Assembly: GCA_028534125.1 (NCBI GenBank)
Contig: CM052817.1
Coordinates: 43,650,001 to 43,714,000 of the forward strand
Direction of reading: 5' to 3'
Length of the DNA: 64,000 nucleotides
From: Lama glama
Lineage: Eukaryota
Positions 1 to 12,135 of this stretch are shown in pieces (position 1 is the stretch's first letter; every line of letters begins with the position of its first letter). The notes below the pieces were generated by a model. The model ran no database searches and was not told where the DNA came from. It worked only from the letters and a program-made list of their open reading frames with translations. A program made the position numbers and the translations under genes.

Positions 1-362
1 GATGAACACTGCCAGGAAAAAAACCAAAATGGAAACTCTTACCCTTAACATACCCCAAATAAAAAACCCTTCTAGAATTAGTCCGTGCTCATGATGAAAT
101 TCTTGCACATGACCTGTGCTTCTGATATGGGTATACCCATCTGGGTACCTGAGTGTCTCCTGCAATGCCTTTCCTCCATCCTTCTTATGTTTATATAGGT
201 ATTCTGAATTTTGCAAGAAACAGCCCAAGTGTTTCTAAGCTTCTTCCTCAGATCAGTTTGTAACTGTCATTAATAATTGCAGATAGTGCCCCCATGAGAA
301 AGTTCTCCACAAACCCACTGCAGAAACATGGGGCAGTCACAGTAAATAATTTATGAACGCAC

Positions 363-387
363 CTGAAGCTCCTACTAAGAAGATATA
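363..387 (-). other. Candidate 25-nt microexon
   Basis: Very long pyrimidine tract and AG-free zone, ctcccag|TATATC...CTTCAG|gtgcgt. Confidence 0.4.
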
Positions 388-690
388 CTGGGAGCGTTTT
401 TGGAAGGAGAGGGGACACAAGAGCAGGAAAAAGGGAAAATAAAAAGAGAAAAATCAGGAAGAATGAGAAGGAAAGAGACAGAATGAAATGGAAAGATTGA
501 AATAGCAAGAGTTTTCGAAACAATTGCCGTGTGAGAAAGGCATCGGCAACGTGAATCAAAATCTGCTTCTCTTTGCAAGTGTGGGGAGGAACTTTTGACT
601 TTGTTTTTCTTTTATAATATGGTTTGTTATGGGATGTCTCAAATATATAGTCAGCCCAATCATACAACTCAGTCCAATTATACCACTCAC

Positions 691-744
691 GATATAATGA
701 TTTCATGCAACTAAACCCTACCAGCATGCAACTGTCCTTTGCAG
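691..744 (-). other. Candidate exon (54 nt)
   Basis: atcctaattttgacag|CTGCAAAGG...TTATATC|gtgagt. Confidence 0.45.
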
Positions 745-804
745 CTGTCAAAATTAGGATTTTTAAAAAAAGATCATTCTTCTGAGACTTAACTCAGACA
801 TGAG

Positions 805-1000
805 GGCTGAAATCCCATCCATATCACTTAGCTAAATGGCTATCAGTAAGTGGTTTTACTTTTAAACTCCAGATTCCTCGTTTGTAATGAGGGGGTAGTA
901 ACAGCATCTACCACATGAGGCTGTTCTGAAACTTAAATGAAATAATGCATATAAAAGCACCTATTACCATACCTAGAATGTGAAAAATGTCATTTATTAT
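805..1000 (+). mobile_element. MIR SINE
   Basis: Core-like 'cagattcctcgtttgtaatgagggggtagtaacagcatctaccacatgaggctgttctgaaacttaaatga'. Confidence 0.75.
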
Positions 1001-4000
1001 CATGATGCTATAATTGATAACTCACATACAGATCTAGGTCACATGGGGGCTTCAAATCAGTAGGTAAAACCACAGCATTGAAAACATCTCCCAGAAACAC
1101 CTTGGGAGTTATCTATCATGAAAGAAGTGATTCTGGCAGGAAAAAAAGAGAGAACAGCAATTTTCTTTTGAGAGTCTCAGGCTTTCCACTTTTCTTCTCT
1201 CATGGCTAAGTAATGGATCAATGACTTCCTAGAGACCAAAACTAATCCTACAAGTAAGAATGATCTGATTACAGGCAGCACTCTTGGAAGCCACAGTGCT
1301 ATCCCACTGAGGTGAAGAGGAAGGACAAGTGACAGGAAAATAAACTTCAGAAAATGGGTAGCAGATGAAGGAAAAAACTTCTAGGGCCAGAGTCTCCCTC
1401 ATGAGCAGCTAAGGGAGGAGAAATAAAAAATTCTGGAGCCCAGAGAAAAGGCTGCTACTTGTAATGCATCCAACATCTCTCTGGAGCTCAGAATACATAT
1501 CAGGACCCCTGCCTACCAAAATGGTAAAAACATCCTTGTTGGTGATGCTCTGTCAGAACCTGTCCAAGACCTTCGCTGCATGAACACCTATTATGGAATC
1601 TTGACTTTGAAATAATTCCTCTGAGGTAAGGAATCATAAAATACATCATTAAAAAAGAAAAAAAAATACCAGCATCAGCATATCAGAGAATTTCATGCCC
1701 TCCAGAGGCACAGTTCAGGAATCTTCCAGGTCAAGTACTAAAATGCATATGGAAGATGAACAAGGTGGAAGGAAGGGAGGGAGGGAGGGTAGGAGGAACG
1801 GAGACAGGAAGAAAGGAAACAGGTCAACATAGGGCTAAAGGTCTAAAGATACATTGTATTTCTGCTGTCAAGTCACTTAATTTTGTTTTTTCTCCTTTTA
1901 GAACATAATAGAATCGTGGACCTTAAAAGGATGTTTTGGGTCATCTAATCCAACCTTCTAACATGACTGTGAATCCTCAAAATACGTAGTTTTAAGAAGG
2001 GTTAGAGAGTTGAAATGGGATATAAGAGTTGTCCACAAAAACATAAAACGGGTATGAAATCCCAGTTATGCTTTCACTATCTTGAGCCTTACCAGGATCT
2101 TGTTCAACTGACACCTCCTCTGCTGTCAGCCTATCAGCCTGTCTATCACTGGCATCTCTCCAGCCCCACTGTGGACCCTATGGAATGTCACTTCAGTAAT
2201 ATCGGCCAAAACCCTTATCTTCCTCATCCATGTATCTTCTCGCATAACTCCCCACCAACCACTAACTATGGATCAAACCCAAAATCTGATCTCTCAGGGC
2301 TGCTGCACACAATTAGACAAACCTCACATATCCCTACAATAGACTCCACTTCACATCACAGCTGGACTCTTGACCAGGTCACTAATTCTTTTATTTGTCC
2401 TTGATCTGCTCCCTTTGCCTGAGTCCAACACACAAGATGGAATAGTGAAGGCTGCCTGTTAAAGTTGGGAAAAAGAAGGTTTTGAGGGTTGGGTCTTATC
2501 ATAGATTTCTCACTCAGAAATCCATTTGCAGAATTGTTGAGCTGCAGAAAGGCTATGGTTAGGAAGTAGAAGTAAAGTTAAAGAGACAGAGAAGCTGATT
2601 GTATGTCTAACTGGAGAGGTTTGGGTTACTTATAAACAGATGTTAGGGCTGAGAAGTCAGAAATCAAGGAGCTAAAGAGAACAAAATGCGATATAAGGCC
2701 AGCACACAGTTCCAAACCTAGACTTGTAAATCTACGACCTTCTGTGCAGGCCCCCGGCATCTGCCCGGGGGAGCCAACCAAGTCAGAATCCCTTCCATTC
2801 CACTCAATGGCTCTGCCCAACTTCAATCATTCTTTACCAACTCTTCATCCTCACATGCAACCTACCCAACCCTCTCTCGCGTCCACCTCCACAAACTCAT
2901 TTGAATCTACTGCCTTCCCTTCTACTTTTTAGCTTCTCAAGGGAAGAAACACTCCTTCTATGTCTCAGGCAAAACTCTCCCTTCGTCTGCTGTCACCTTT
3001 TGTCTCCTGAACTCCCTGAATAAATCCATAATTGTTCTTTGCTCCTCATCTCCAGACACTCCTGTTCCTCTAGGTGTCTCCTTACTTTCTCCCAAAAAAG
3101 TGCTCACAACTCTGTGATATCAAAACTGAGACTGTCGTTTGTGCATTCATTCCACAAACATTAGCTCGGGGCCTGCTAAGAGTACAATGCTGCTGGACTG
3201 AAAGCCCAGATTCAGAAAGTGGCCGATGCTAGTGCTTATGCTGCCAGAGATACTGTTTTTTGGTTTGGTTTGGTTTTATTTTAAGAAGAGGCACATGATG
3301 GACCACCAAACAAAGATCTCATTTCTTGCATAAATACTGAACTAATTCTCAAACGAAACAGGAATGGGGTTGTTTTCCTGGTCAAACCTGAAGTAAAAAC
3401 CAATAGTAATTAGCTGCCCCTCCTGACTCCCTGCACCTTCTTCAGGGGGTCCCGGTCTGCACAAGGACACTTAATGGTAGGAGACTTGATGAGAAACCCC
3501 CAAGAACTCCAAGCCAGCATTGACAGGGCACCAGCCTTACAGACCTGAACCATACACAGTAAGAGAGAGTAAAGGAATTTTATAGGCTAGGTTTGGGACC
3601 ATGCTGAAATAGTACAGAGCTTTAATAGCCTGGTTAGCGAGTTCATTTAATAAAACAAACTATCCCCATGGAGATGGTCCCAGGTACCTATTTATCCACA
3701 ACTATTTAAATCCATGCCGAAGTTATTACATAGTCCATGATTTACTCTAGTTAATTCTGGCAAAATAACCTCACATTTTCCCATTCTTGTAGGGTACATG
3801 CCTGAATAAGTAATTAATAGTTAACTCTTTTCCTTTCCACTTGAATCTACACTACTCGTCACTCGATACCACTGGGATCCCTGGCACGATGCACAAATGC
3901 TCCAGTGGTCTTTGCACTGCAGTGTATTTCAGCCCTGAAAAGCAGCTCAGGGGTAAACATGACTTCCTAATGCTAATGTATCATCTTCTTCTCCGAGTGG

Positions 4001-5019
4001 CACAAATTGAGGTGCGAGGGACGTTGCGCAGTTTTGGCTTTTGCCTACACTGCTTTTATTATGAAGACCTAGCATAGACATTTTTAACACAATAGTCATT
4101 CCTCTCCCCAGACTACATAATTCCTCTATAATCATAAAGACGCAAACATGTTCCTCACTCTATAGCAAAAGAAATAGTATAATAACTCTATCGGTATGGG
4201 AGGAAGAAAGAGAAATCATCTGGATGGGGTGGAGGAGCCTCAAGGAAAGCTGGGCTGAAAGAAAAAGTCTGCTAGGGCTGTGCACAGCTTCCTCAAATAG
4301 ATCTATTTGAGAAGGTTTCCATAAATTTAAACCTCTATAGCAAATCCTATGTGATTATATATCACTCTCAGAATTTTAATGCTGAAAAGAATAACTTCTC
4401 TGAAAAATGCTTTCACCCACAGCCCAATGGAAGCACATGAGAATGCAGCAGATCTTCAAAAACTCACATATCTTAAGGAAAAAAATGCAATTTTTACTTC
4501 AAGTGTTAATAATACCTGAAAGAAATCAGAAGATATCAGAACCAACAACTCGGTTTATTTGGTATGATAGCTTCCTGGCAGCGGAAATGAGGGCTATTAA
4601 CACAAAAGCCTGCAGCAAACTCTCCCCTGAAGCTATGAGCCACCTGAGAGTACAGCCATGTCTGTCCCCATATCCTCAGTGTGGACCCAGGGTGGACACT
4701 CAATAATTGTCTGTGAATGAAGGGGGAATTACTGATTGAATTTTAAGTTGAATAGGCTTTGGGGGTTGGTTACAACTTTCACAATTTCAGCGTTTTGAGA
4801 CAGAAGAATGGGAAGTAAAGCTAAGATGTGAATGAAAATGATTCTGATTTGGTTGGACTCCATTAATACCACCATTGCTAGCAATAAGTATGCCGGACTG
4901 AGTCTGTAATCAGTGCTAGTAAGCTAGTAAACACACAAAAATCTAGTAGATCTATTCCTATATATAGTTTCCAAACTCCTGCAATCTACTCTGTAATCTA
5001 CTTATACCTGAAGCTTAAT

Positions 5020-5560
5020 GTAATCATTCCAGTCCAGAATTTATTAAGCATCTTGTATGTGCCAAGCACTATGTTAGATACGGGGTATATAATTGAAAGA
5101 AACTGGTCACTGTCAATAAGGAGCTTTAAAGTTTGGGAAGGGTGATAGAAATATAAACAAAAACAAAAAACAGCGCCCCCAAAAGCACTATATGCAATAA
5201 CAGAAGTACGTATAAGGGAGAGAAGTAGAGCAAGGAGGGATTAATGCTATCTTTAGGGGCAAGAGCAAGCATCATAAGGAGAACAATCTGGGCAGAGCTT
5301 TGTTTGAAAAGGCAATTGGAGTTGCCAGTCAGACAAGGTACAGTAAGGCAGCACCACGGGCAGAGACACAGAAGTGAGAAGTGGCTTCACATTTGGGGGA
5401 ATGAATAAGTAGGTGCCAAACTGGAAGATGAGGGAGAAAAACAGAATGGAAGACAAAGAGTTGAGAGTTGGGGAGAACTCAGTTTAGGGAAAGCCTTTGC
5501 CACCAAGCTATGGACCCCAGCCTAAAATTAGTGAGAGACCACTGAGGGTTTTAGGCAAGG
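5020..5560 (-). mobile_element. L2 fragment
   Basis: Reverse L2 3' end 'atttattaagcatcttgtatgtgccaagcactatgttag'. Confidence 0.65.
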
Positions 5561-5809
5561 AGAGACAAGGAGAGAAAGATTATCCTGGCTTGAAAACATC
5601 CCTGATTCCCCTCAGCTACTAAATTTTCCTGTTCCAGACTCTGGGAGTATTTACTGCATCTCTCAAGTTGCCACTGAGCATCTAGTGCTGGCAGTTCTGC
5701 TTTGCATACGTAAGTATTAATTCCCTAATTTAACTTACATACCAGGAAGCCATGGACCATTTCTCAGATTCTTTATTTCCCACAGATTTACCAAAATATT
5801 CTTAACTCA

Positions 5810-6645
5810 ATGTCTGCGTCCAAGACCTCTCTCCTCAACTCCAGACCCTAAAATGCAATTGCCTGATCAACAACATCTTCCCTTGACTTTTTCACACATT
5901 TCTCAAAGTGAGTTTGTCCAAAACTTACTTCATTGTCCTTCTTCTAAACCTACTCCTCCTCCTATGTTCCCTCTCTCAGCAAATGGTATCACTGTTCATC
6001 TAGTTGGCCCGAGTCCAGAAGCCTGGAAGTCATTCTCGATTCCTCTCTAATTACCAAGTCTTACTGACCTTACCTCCTTAGTGTCTCTTAAATCCCTACT
6101 CCTCTCCATCCCAGTGCTACCCCTGGGGTCAGCGCCACCATCACTCACTCTCATTCCATCCAAGCTGTTCTCCAGGCCATCTGTGTTCCAGCCAGAACAC
6201 AGATATCTTTGTGAAAATGCAAAGCTGATCACATCTCTCTCTGGCTCAAAACCCTACAATAATTCTTACTGCCTTAAGACAAAGTCCAAGGGCTTCCAAA
6301 CCTTCATTAGCGAGTCCAGGATTCTCTCTTTAACCTCATCTCTCACCACTCCCTTCCCACTACTCCATGAAATGCTTTTAGTTCCTCCAATGTACTATTC
6401 TCCTCTCTCTTCCTCTCTCTCCCTCTCTCTCTCCCAGCTTTCAGGTATCTTGCTCCCCCTGTCTAAAACACTAACCCATCCTTTATCCATTCTCTTTAAT
6501 AATGGTTTATTCACATCTCCATCAAGACTTGGTTCCATGAATACAGGATTGCATCTGTCTGATTCACTGTACCCTAGTGCCTAGTAATGTGTTGGGTACA
6601 TACCAGAAACTTAACAAGTATTTTATGAATTAATGGATTAGTGAA
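5810..6645 (+). mobile_element. L2 3' fragment
   Basis: Pyrimidine-rich L2 body ('gacctctctcctcaactccagacc') ending 'cctagtgcctagtaa...ttatgaattaatgga'. Confidence 0.8.
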
Positions 6646-8091
6646 CATTGGGGTTCATTCTAAGTGACTCTTAATTATCCTCAGGCAGTAATTTCAGGGT
6701 TCCATTAATTCGCTTGTAATTGGAACAGAAGCTTTGATGAACACAAAATAAATATATTCTAGAGGTTCCATGTACACACAGGAAGATGGTGAATGGTACG
6801 CTGTGTCAATAATACTTTCCCCCTTTGCCCTCTTACTTACTCATTGTTTCATGATCCATGATTAAACACGTGACATGATTAAAAACATGAATTAATACTG
6901 AAATTGTACAATGTGCTAGATTCAAAAATAAAGCAAAAGACAGAATGAAATTTGAGAACAGGAAGGTAGGCTGGTCTAGCTCTGCGCAGATAGATAAAAC
7001 CAAGAATTTTCAATACCAAGAGTATCTAGGATTTCCCAAATCATATATCCATTATGCTGCTGAGTCAGGTGCTATAAGTAGATACAGTTCTTAACTCTCA
7101 GGGATCTAGACTCCAGATTCTAGAATCTAAGACAGACAGCACATGTCCAGGCCACATCAGCATCTTTAACTTCTGGCATCCTGAGGCTCATCACCCAAGA
7201 GCTATTCACATTCCAACTGCCATAGGTGGCTGTTCTGAATGAAGTCCACCACATGCGCTACGATACAAAAAGATACAGCCAAGTCTCCTGTGCTGCTTTA
7301 AACCGGCACACCATACCCAGCTCACCACTAAACATACACAGTCCAATCCGAAGCAGAGCTCAACATAACCAAAGAAGACTTTGTTTACACAATAAATCAG
7401 AAGGGTAGCAGAGAGTCTGATAAAACACCTCTTGCTTACTATCCAGCAAGGGGATAAATCTCCCAGGCCAGGCTGGCTAATTCCTGCACTATATTAAGTG
7501 CTTTCACGCGGTGTGCCAAGAGGAACGTTAAGACAGTGTGTTTGGTCACATTACTGACTAGGGCCCTGCACATTCACCAGTGGAAGGAATGCAGGCCAAC
7601 TCTGCGCCAAATCCCCTCACCATAAACAAGGTTCCCAGTCCATTACAGAGGCCCAGAGCTCTCCCAAGATGTGGGGGGCTTATGTTGAGAAATTAGACCT
7701 CAGCAAAAAGCAAGCATCTACAATCAGAGGCACTTGATCAAACTGTTCAAAGGAACTTGTTTTACTTTAGCCTACCCTACTGAGCAGGAATCCTAACCAG
7801 GCCTCTTCCCACCCTGGAAATTACATGAAACTTTGTGTATGTGGCTATTGCCCCAAGGAGAAAGATCAGACCAGGCTGCACTACTAGATCACTTAGATTC
7901 CAGAGAAGGCAAGTCTGGTGGCAAGACTGGTTGAGAGGTTTCTGAACTTTCATTACATTGCCAAAGACACCTGATGGCCCAGAGAAGTAAAGCACCAAAG
8001 CATCCAAGTGTACTACTGAAGGTTCTCCGGCGGTCTTCCCGGACATCTTCCTTGATTTATCTTGGGATTAAAAAGCCACATTTCAACTTAC

Positions 8092-8219
8092 CATAAAGTG
8101 ACAAAGGCTATGAAGCCAACACCAAAATCACCATCATTCTATCCATTCCATCTGTATCATAGCTCCAGATTTGGTCCAAACCCAGGTTCTGACCCCACTG
8201 TAGCAAGATTTTAATTCGG
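8092..8219 (-). other. Candidate cassette exon (128 nt)
   Basis: tttttctttgacttggtctcag| ... ATG|gtaagt. Confidence 0.25.
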
Positions 8220-9246
8220 CTGAGACCAAGTCAAAGAAAAACTAGGAGCTGAGACTATGTGTCCTAAGATTCGAAGACTGAGAGGCCATGAATCATTCTG
8301 GAATAGGCCCCGGAAGTCAGCAACCCCCAAGAGTATGCTCAATCCTGCACTGAAATAATCCTCGAGGTCTGACAGGATACCGAATATCCTCCTCCTGGGC
8401 GACTGGCTGAGGCTGCAGCTCTGCACGCATGCCCCTTTTCCTGTGACCTGGCAGGTGTGGACCCCAATGGAGAACGGGGGCTAATGAGGGCTTCTCCTCA
8501 TTACACCATCTCGCCACAGGATTGATACTCCTACTCAGAGAACTGAGGGGGCTGAGAGAAACATGAGAGATGCTTTGATAATCTCAGAAATAAGTCTTAC
8601 TGAGAATATGCAGTGCTTCTTGGATAACTCTAAATTAAACCTTGGCGATAAACCCATACATTGAAATATGGAACAGTCCCATCTGCTGATGAAGGCAAAG
8701 TTGATTCTTGCCCTGCTGCCACCGTTGCAGAGGAGAGAATTATTTCGTTGTTTGAAATCGCATGAACAAGGTTTGTTATTGTTGTTGTTTTATTATTTAT
8801 AAGGAAAACTCTTTGTTCAGATTTAAGATATTTGGCATATATATTGGTCATAAGAAATCAGTGTACATTAAAAAAAATAAACATGCTGTCAACTCTAAAA
8901 TGAGCAGAATATAAGCAATTCATCATTATACTTTGTTCAAATATGTTCTAGGCAGCAAATAGTTAAGAGTCTGACACACATCCATTTGTAACTTTAAAAA
9001 ATTCTCCCTATCGGTCTGATTAAAGCAAAAGCACAAGGAGAAAACAGAAAAAAAGATGTATTTGACAACTGTTTTGCTTCAGCAGACAAGCAGGGAAAAC
9101 CAACAAGAGATGCTCTTCCTCTCTCCTTAACATAGTAATATTAGCAGCTTCTGAAGAGCATAATCTGAACCACCCAATTACAACACCAGCTGTCAAGTCA
9201 AGAGGTTTTGTTTGTTTCCATTACCCAATAGTGACATTCTCGAAAT

Positions 9247-9433
9247 CAGAGTTTCCCATGCATTGGTCCATGGAACAGTCATCAAATCACCTGGAAAACT
9301 TGTTAAAAGTAAAGATTCAGGACTCCACTTCTGTCCTGCTGAATCAGGCTCCTCAGAACTGAGTTAGGTGTCTGGGTTTTTAGTAAATAACCTAACTGAT
9401 TATAACACAAAGTCAGATTTAGGAACTACTACT
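9247..9433. mobile_element. MER5-like hAT-Charlie MITE
   Basis: 'catcaaatcacctggaaaacttgttaaaagtaaagattc...ttaggaactactactg'. Confidence 0.65.
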
Positions 9434-10662
9434 GTTCTAAAAAGTCTGGCCTGAACTTGCTGACATAGCTTTTGAGGAACTATTAGAAATATATTAAAAG
9501 CATTAAAAGAAAGAAATATTGATTGAATATAACCATTTGATAGTTTTAATTTGGCCATTTCATAACTGCATTAATTAAGAAACAAGTGGCCACGTACAGA
9601 ATCTATCTGGTAAAGACAATGACATATTACTACTCCTGTAGTACTTTCACAAGGCATTCCTGGAGCCCCAAATATTACTAACTTAAATCTTAATTATCTG
9701 TACAGCACATTAATGTTTTCAAAGCCCACTCACAAGCCAGGGGCCTCAAGAAATAGCTACCAAGAAAGAAAGTCACCTAGTGGGAAAGCTCACATGTGGC
9801 TAAGGTATAAAATATAATAAAATAGATTATAGATTCACGATCTCCAGATTTACGGGTCCCAGAGGATAAGTTAATTTATAAATATGTACATGAATGACTG
9901 TGTGATTCCTTTAAAGCAACAGTAAAAGCTAGATTCTTGATATGTATTCATTGATTATTCATTAGTTTTATTTATTCAGTTAGTTTTATATGTTGCTTTT
10001 CTACACATTATTATAAGGTGATAGTATTACAGTTTTTAATCAGAGATCAAAAACCTGCTAACCACATGCAATTAGACATCTTCCTTTCTTTGAAGAATGC
10101 TTTATTCAACTAAAATTTATATTACGAAAAAACATAGAAAGCAGGACAATATATTCATTAAAGTGAAGGAGATTACCAAAGAAATTCTCAATATAGTAAA
10201 AAAAAAAAAATGGGGGCTGTCAAACATTCCAAAAATTGCTTTTTATTGTATTTTTTTTAAAGTATTGTGTTCTTAAAATACATGTTTTTCTTTGATTCAG
10301 AATCCCTTCCTATCTCTTGAGTATACTCCATCCAGGACATAAATAAGGCAGCAGTAGGCCTGTTGCCGCTCAAAGTATTCTCTTAGTCTTCCAACATGTC
10401 TAGTTTCTATCCTAATGAACTCTTCATGACTCTCGCATTGTGGCAAAACAGAACCCTATCTTACATTTCACAATTTATGCCCTGATTTCAAGTTTGGTCA
10501 TGTTTCACACAGTTGCATTCTTCCCTCTGTGATGTTAAGATCAGTGCATTTAAAACCGATGAGGAACATACATCCTCTCCCCTACCATCTCTAGTCAAAT
10601 GGAACAAAAAGTGAATTCCTATGGGTCTTTGTAAAGCACCAAGGCGTCTCCTTCCCCATTAC

Positions 10663-10747
10663 CTCTCCTTGTTTCCTCTCCACATTCGCTGAGAAGAGCA
10701 ATAAGAGGTCCTGGTTCTGGACATCAGAATCTCTCCCGTCACTGAGT
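10663..10747 (-). other. Candidate cassette exon (85 or 79 nt)
   Basis: Pyrimidine tract cttttctgttctctctctc, then AGs at 10748 and 10742; purine-rich 3' end; GAG|gtaatg. Confidence 0.3.
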
Positions 10748-11305
10748 CTTTCATTATATTGAGAGAGAGAACAGAAAAGCACATCTAGGGTGCTTTGAAT
10801 AACCAAATTTCTAGAACTTTATGACCCCTGTCAACCATCCCACACTCTTTCCCCTTTTCCAAAATAAGAATTATGAGTGAATGCTATATAATCATATAAA
10901 AACATACTGTGTTAGGTAAACCCAACGGTCCAGAGCAGATGTGGAAGGCAACTACTTCCATTAAATATGTACTCTTCTGAAGATTCTGCCAAGCCGAGAC
11001 AGAATTTTGGCTTCAGAACAAGATAAAGACTCTTTCAGACAGGGAGCTAGCCACACGGAGTCACCTGATGCCAGGAGGAGGGACTGGGGAACAGCAGGTT
11101 TTCTAAAGAATTGGGATCTAACGTAAAGAAAAGCTGGAAAGGAGATCAAACCACTGCTGAGAAAACAAATAAATCCAATCAATCTAAGTCAGAAGAGCAA
11201 TCAATGGAAGAAGCAACATGAAGCAAGGTTAGGATGAACACCTTGTGTGAACTTCAGCATTAGTTCAACTTTATTACAAAACATAACAATATAAAACATT
11301 GTTCA

Positions 11306-11537
11306 AGACTTGCAAATATTAACTACTATATATAAAAATAGATAAAAACAAATTTCTTCTGTATAGCACAGGGAACTATATTCAGTATCTTGTAATAACC
11401 TTTTAATGAAAAATATATGAAAACAAATATACATGTGTATATGTATGATGGAGACATTATGCTGTACACCAGAGATTGACATATTGTAACTGACTATATG
11501 TGAATAAAAAAAAATCAATCAATCAATCAATCAATCA
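11306..11537 (+). mobile_element. Young (camelid-type) L1 3' end with A/(AATC)n tail
   Basis: 'ctgtatagcacagggaactatattcagtatcttgtaataacc...gctgtacaccagagattgac', AATAAA, tail. Confidence 0.85.
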
Positions 11538-11975
11538 CTCTATGATCTTAGTAGAAAATCATTGCAGGACATGAAATACAGGATAAAGGTATGATTCCAA
11601 AACAAGGTCTATTTTCTTTAACATATTATTAAGTATGTATTAATTATTTGCTTCCTTTTTAAATTTTTAAATTTTTAGTTAAAAGGTCCTCTGATATAGT
11701 GGTAATTTTTTGAAAAACCAGCATTTGGCCTTTCGTATCTATACCATGAGCACCAGCATGGTAGGCATAACAGCGATGCAATGAATTTCTGCTGAACTGA
11801 CTGGATGAATGAACAAATGTATATCTCATCTTCTCTTTTCATGATAGGATGTACAGTATAATGAATTAATTAACATACAATGTGAGAGAAAGCCAAAAAA
11901 AACACAGATGGTGAATCATTCCATCTTGCTAGCAAGACCAGATCTATTTATTTAAATGAATGAAGACAGTGATCT

Positions 11976-12135
11976 GCACAAGGATATATTGTACAGCATA
12001 GGGAACATAGCCAATATTTTATAATAACTTTAAATGGAGTATAATCAGTAAAAATTTTGAATCACTGTGTTGTACACCTAAAACTAACATTATATTGTAA
12101 ATCAACTATACCTCAATTTAAAAATTTTTAAAAAA
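11976..12135 (+). mobile_element. L1 3' end (laurasiatherian/artiodactyl type)
   Basis: 'ggatatattgtacagcatagggaac...tgtacacctaaaactaac...aatcaactatacctcaat'. Confidence 0.8.

Noticed and set aside
248..751. 167-aa ORF with a hydrophobic F/L/S stretch resembling a transmembrane helix
   Set aside because: Non-ATG start; the hydrophobic part is just the translated polypyrimidine tract; the ORF crosses candidate splice sites
6081..6584. 167-aa Ser/Leu/Pro-rich ORF
   Set aside because: Lies within a pyrimidine-rich L2 remnant
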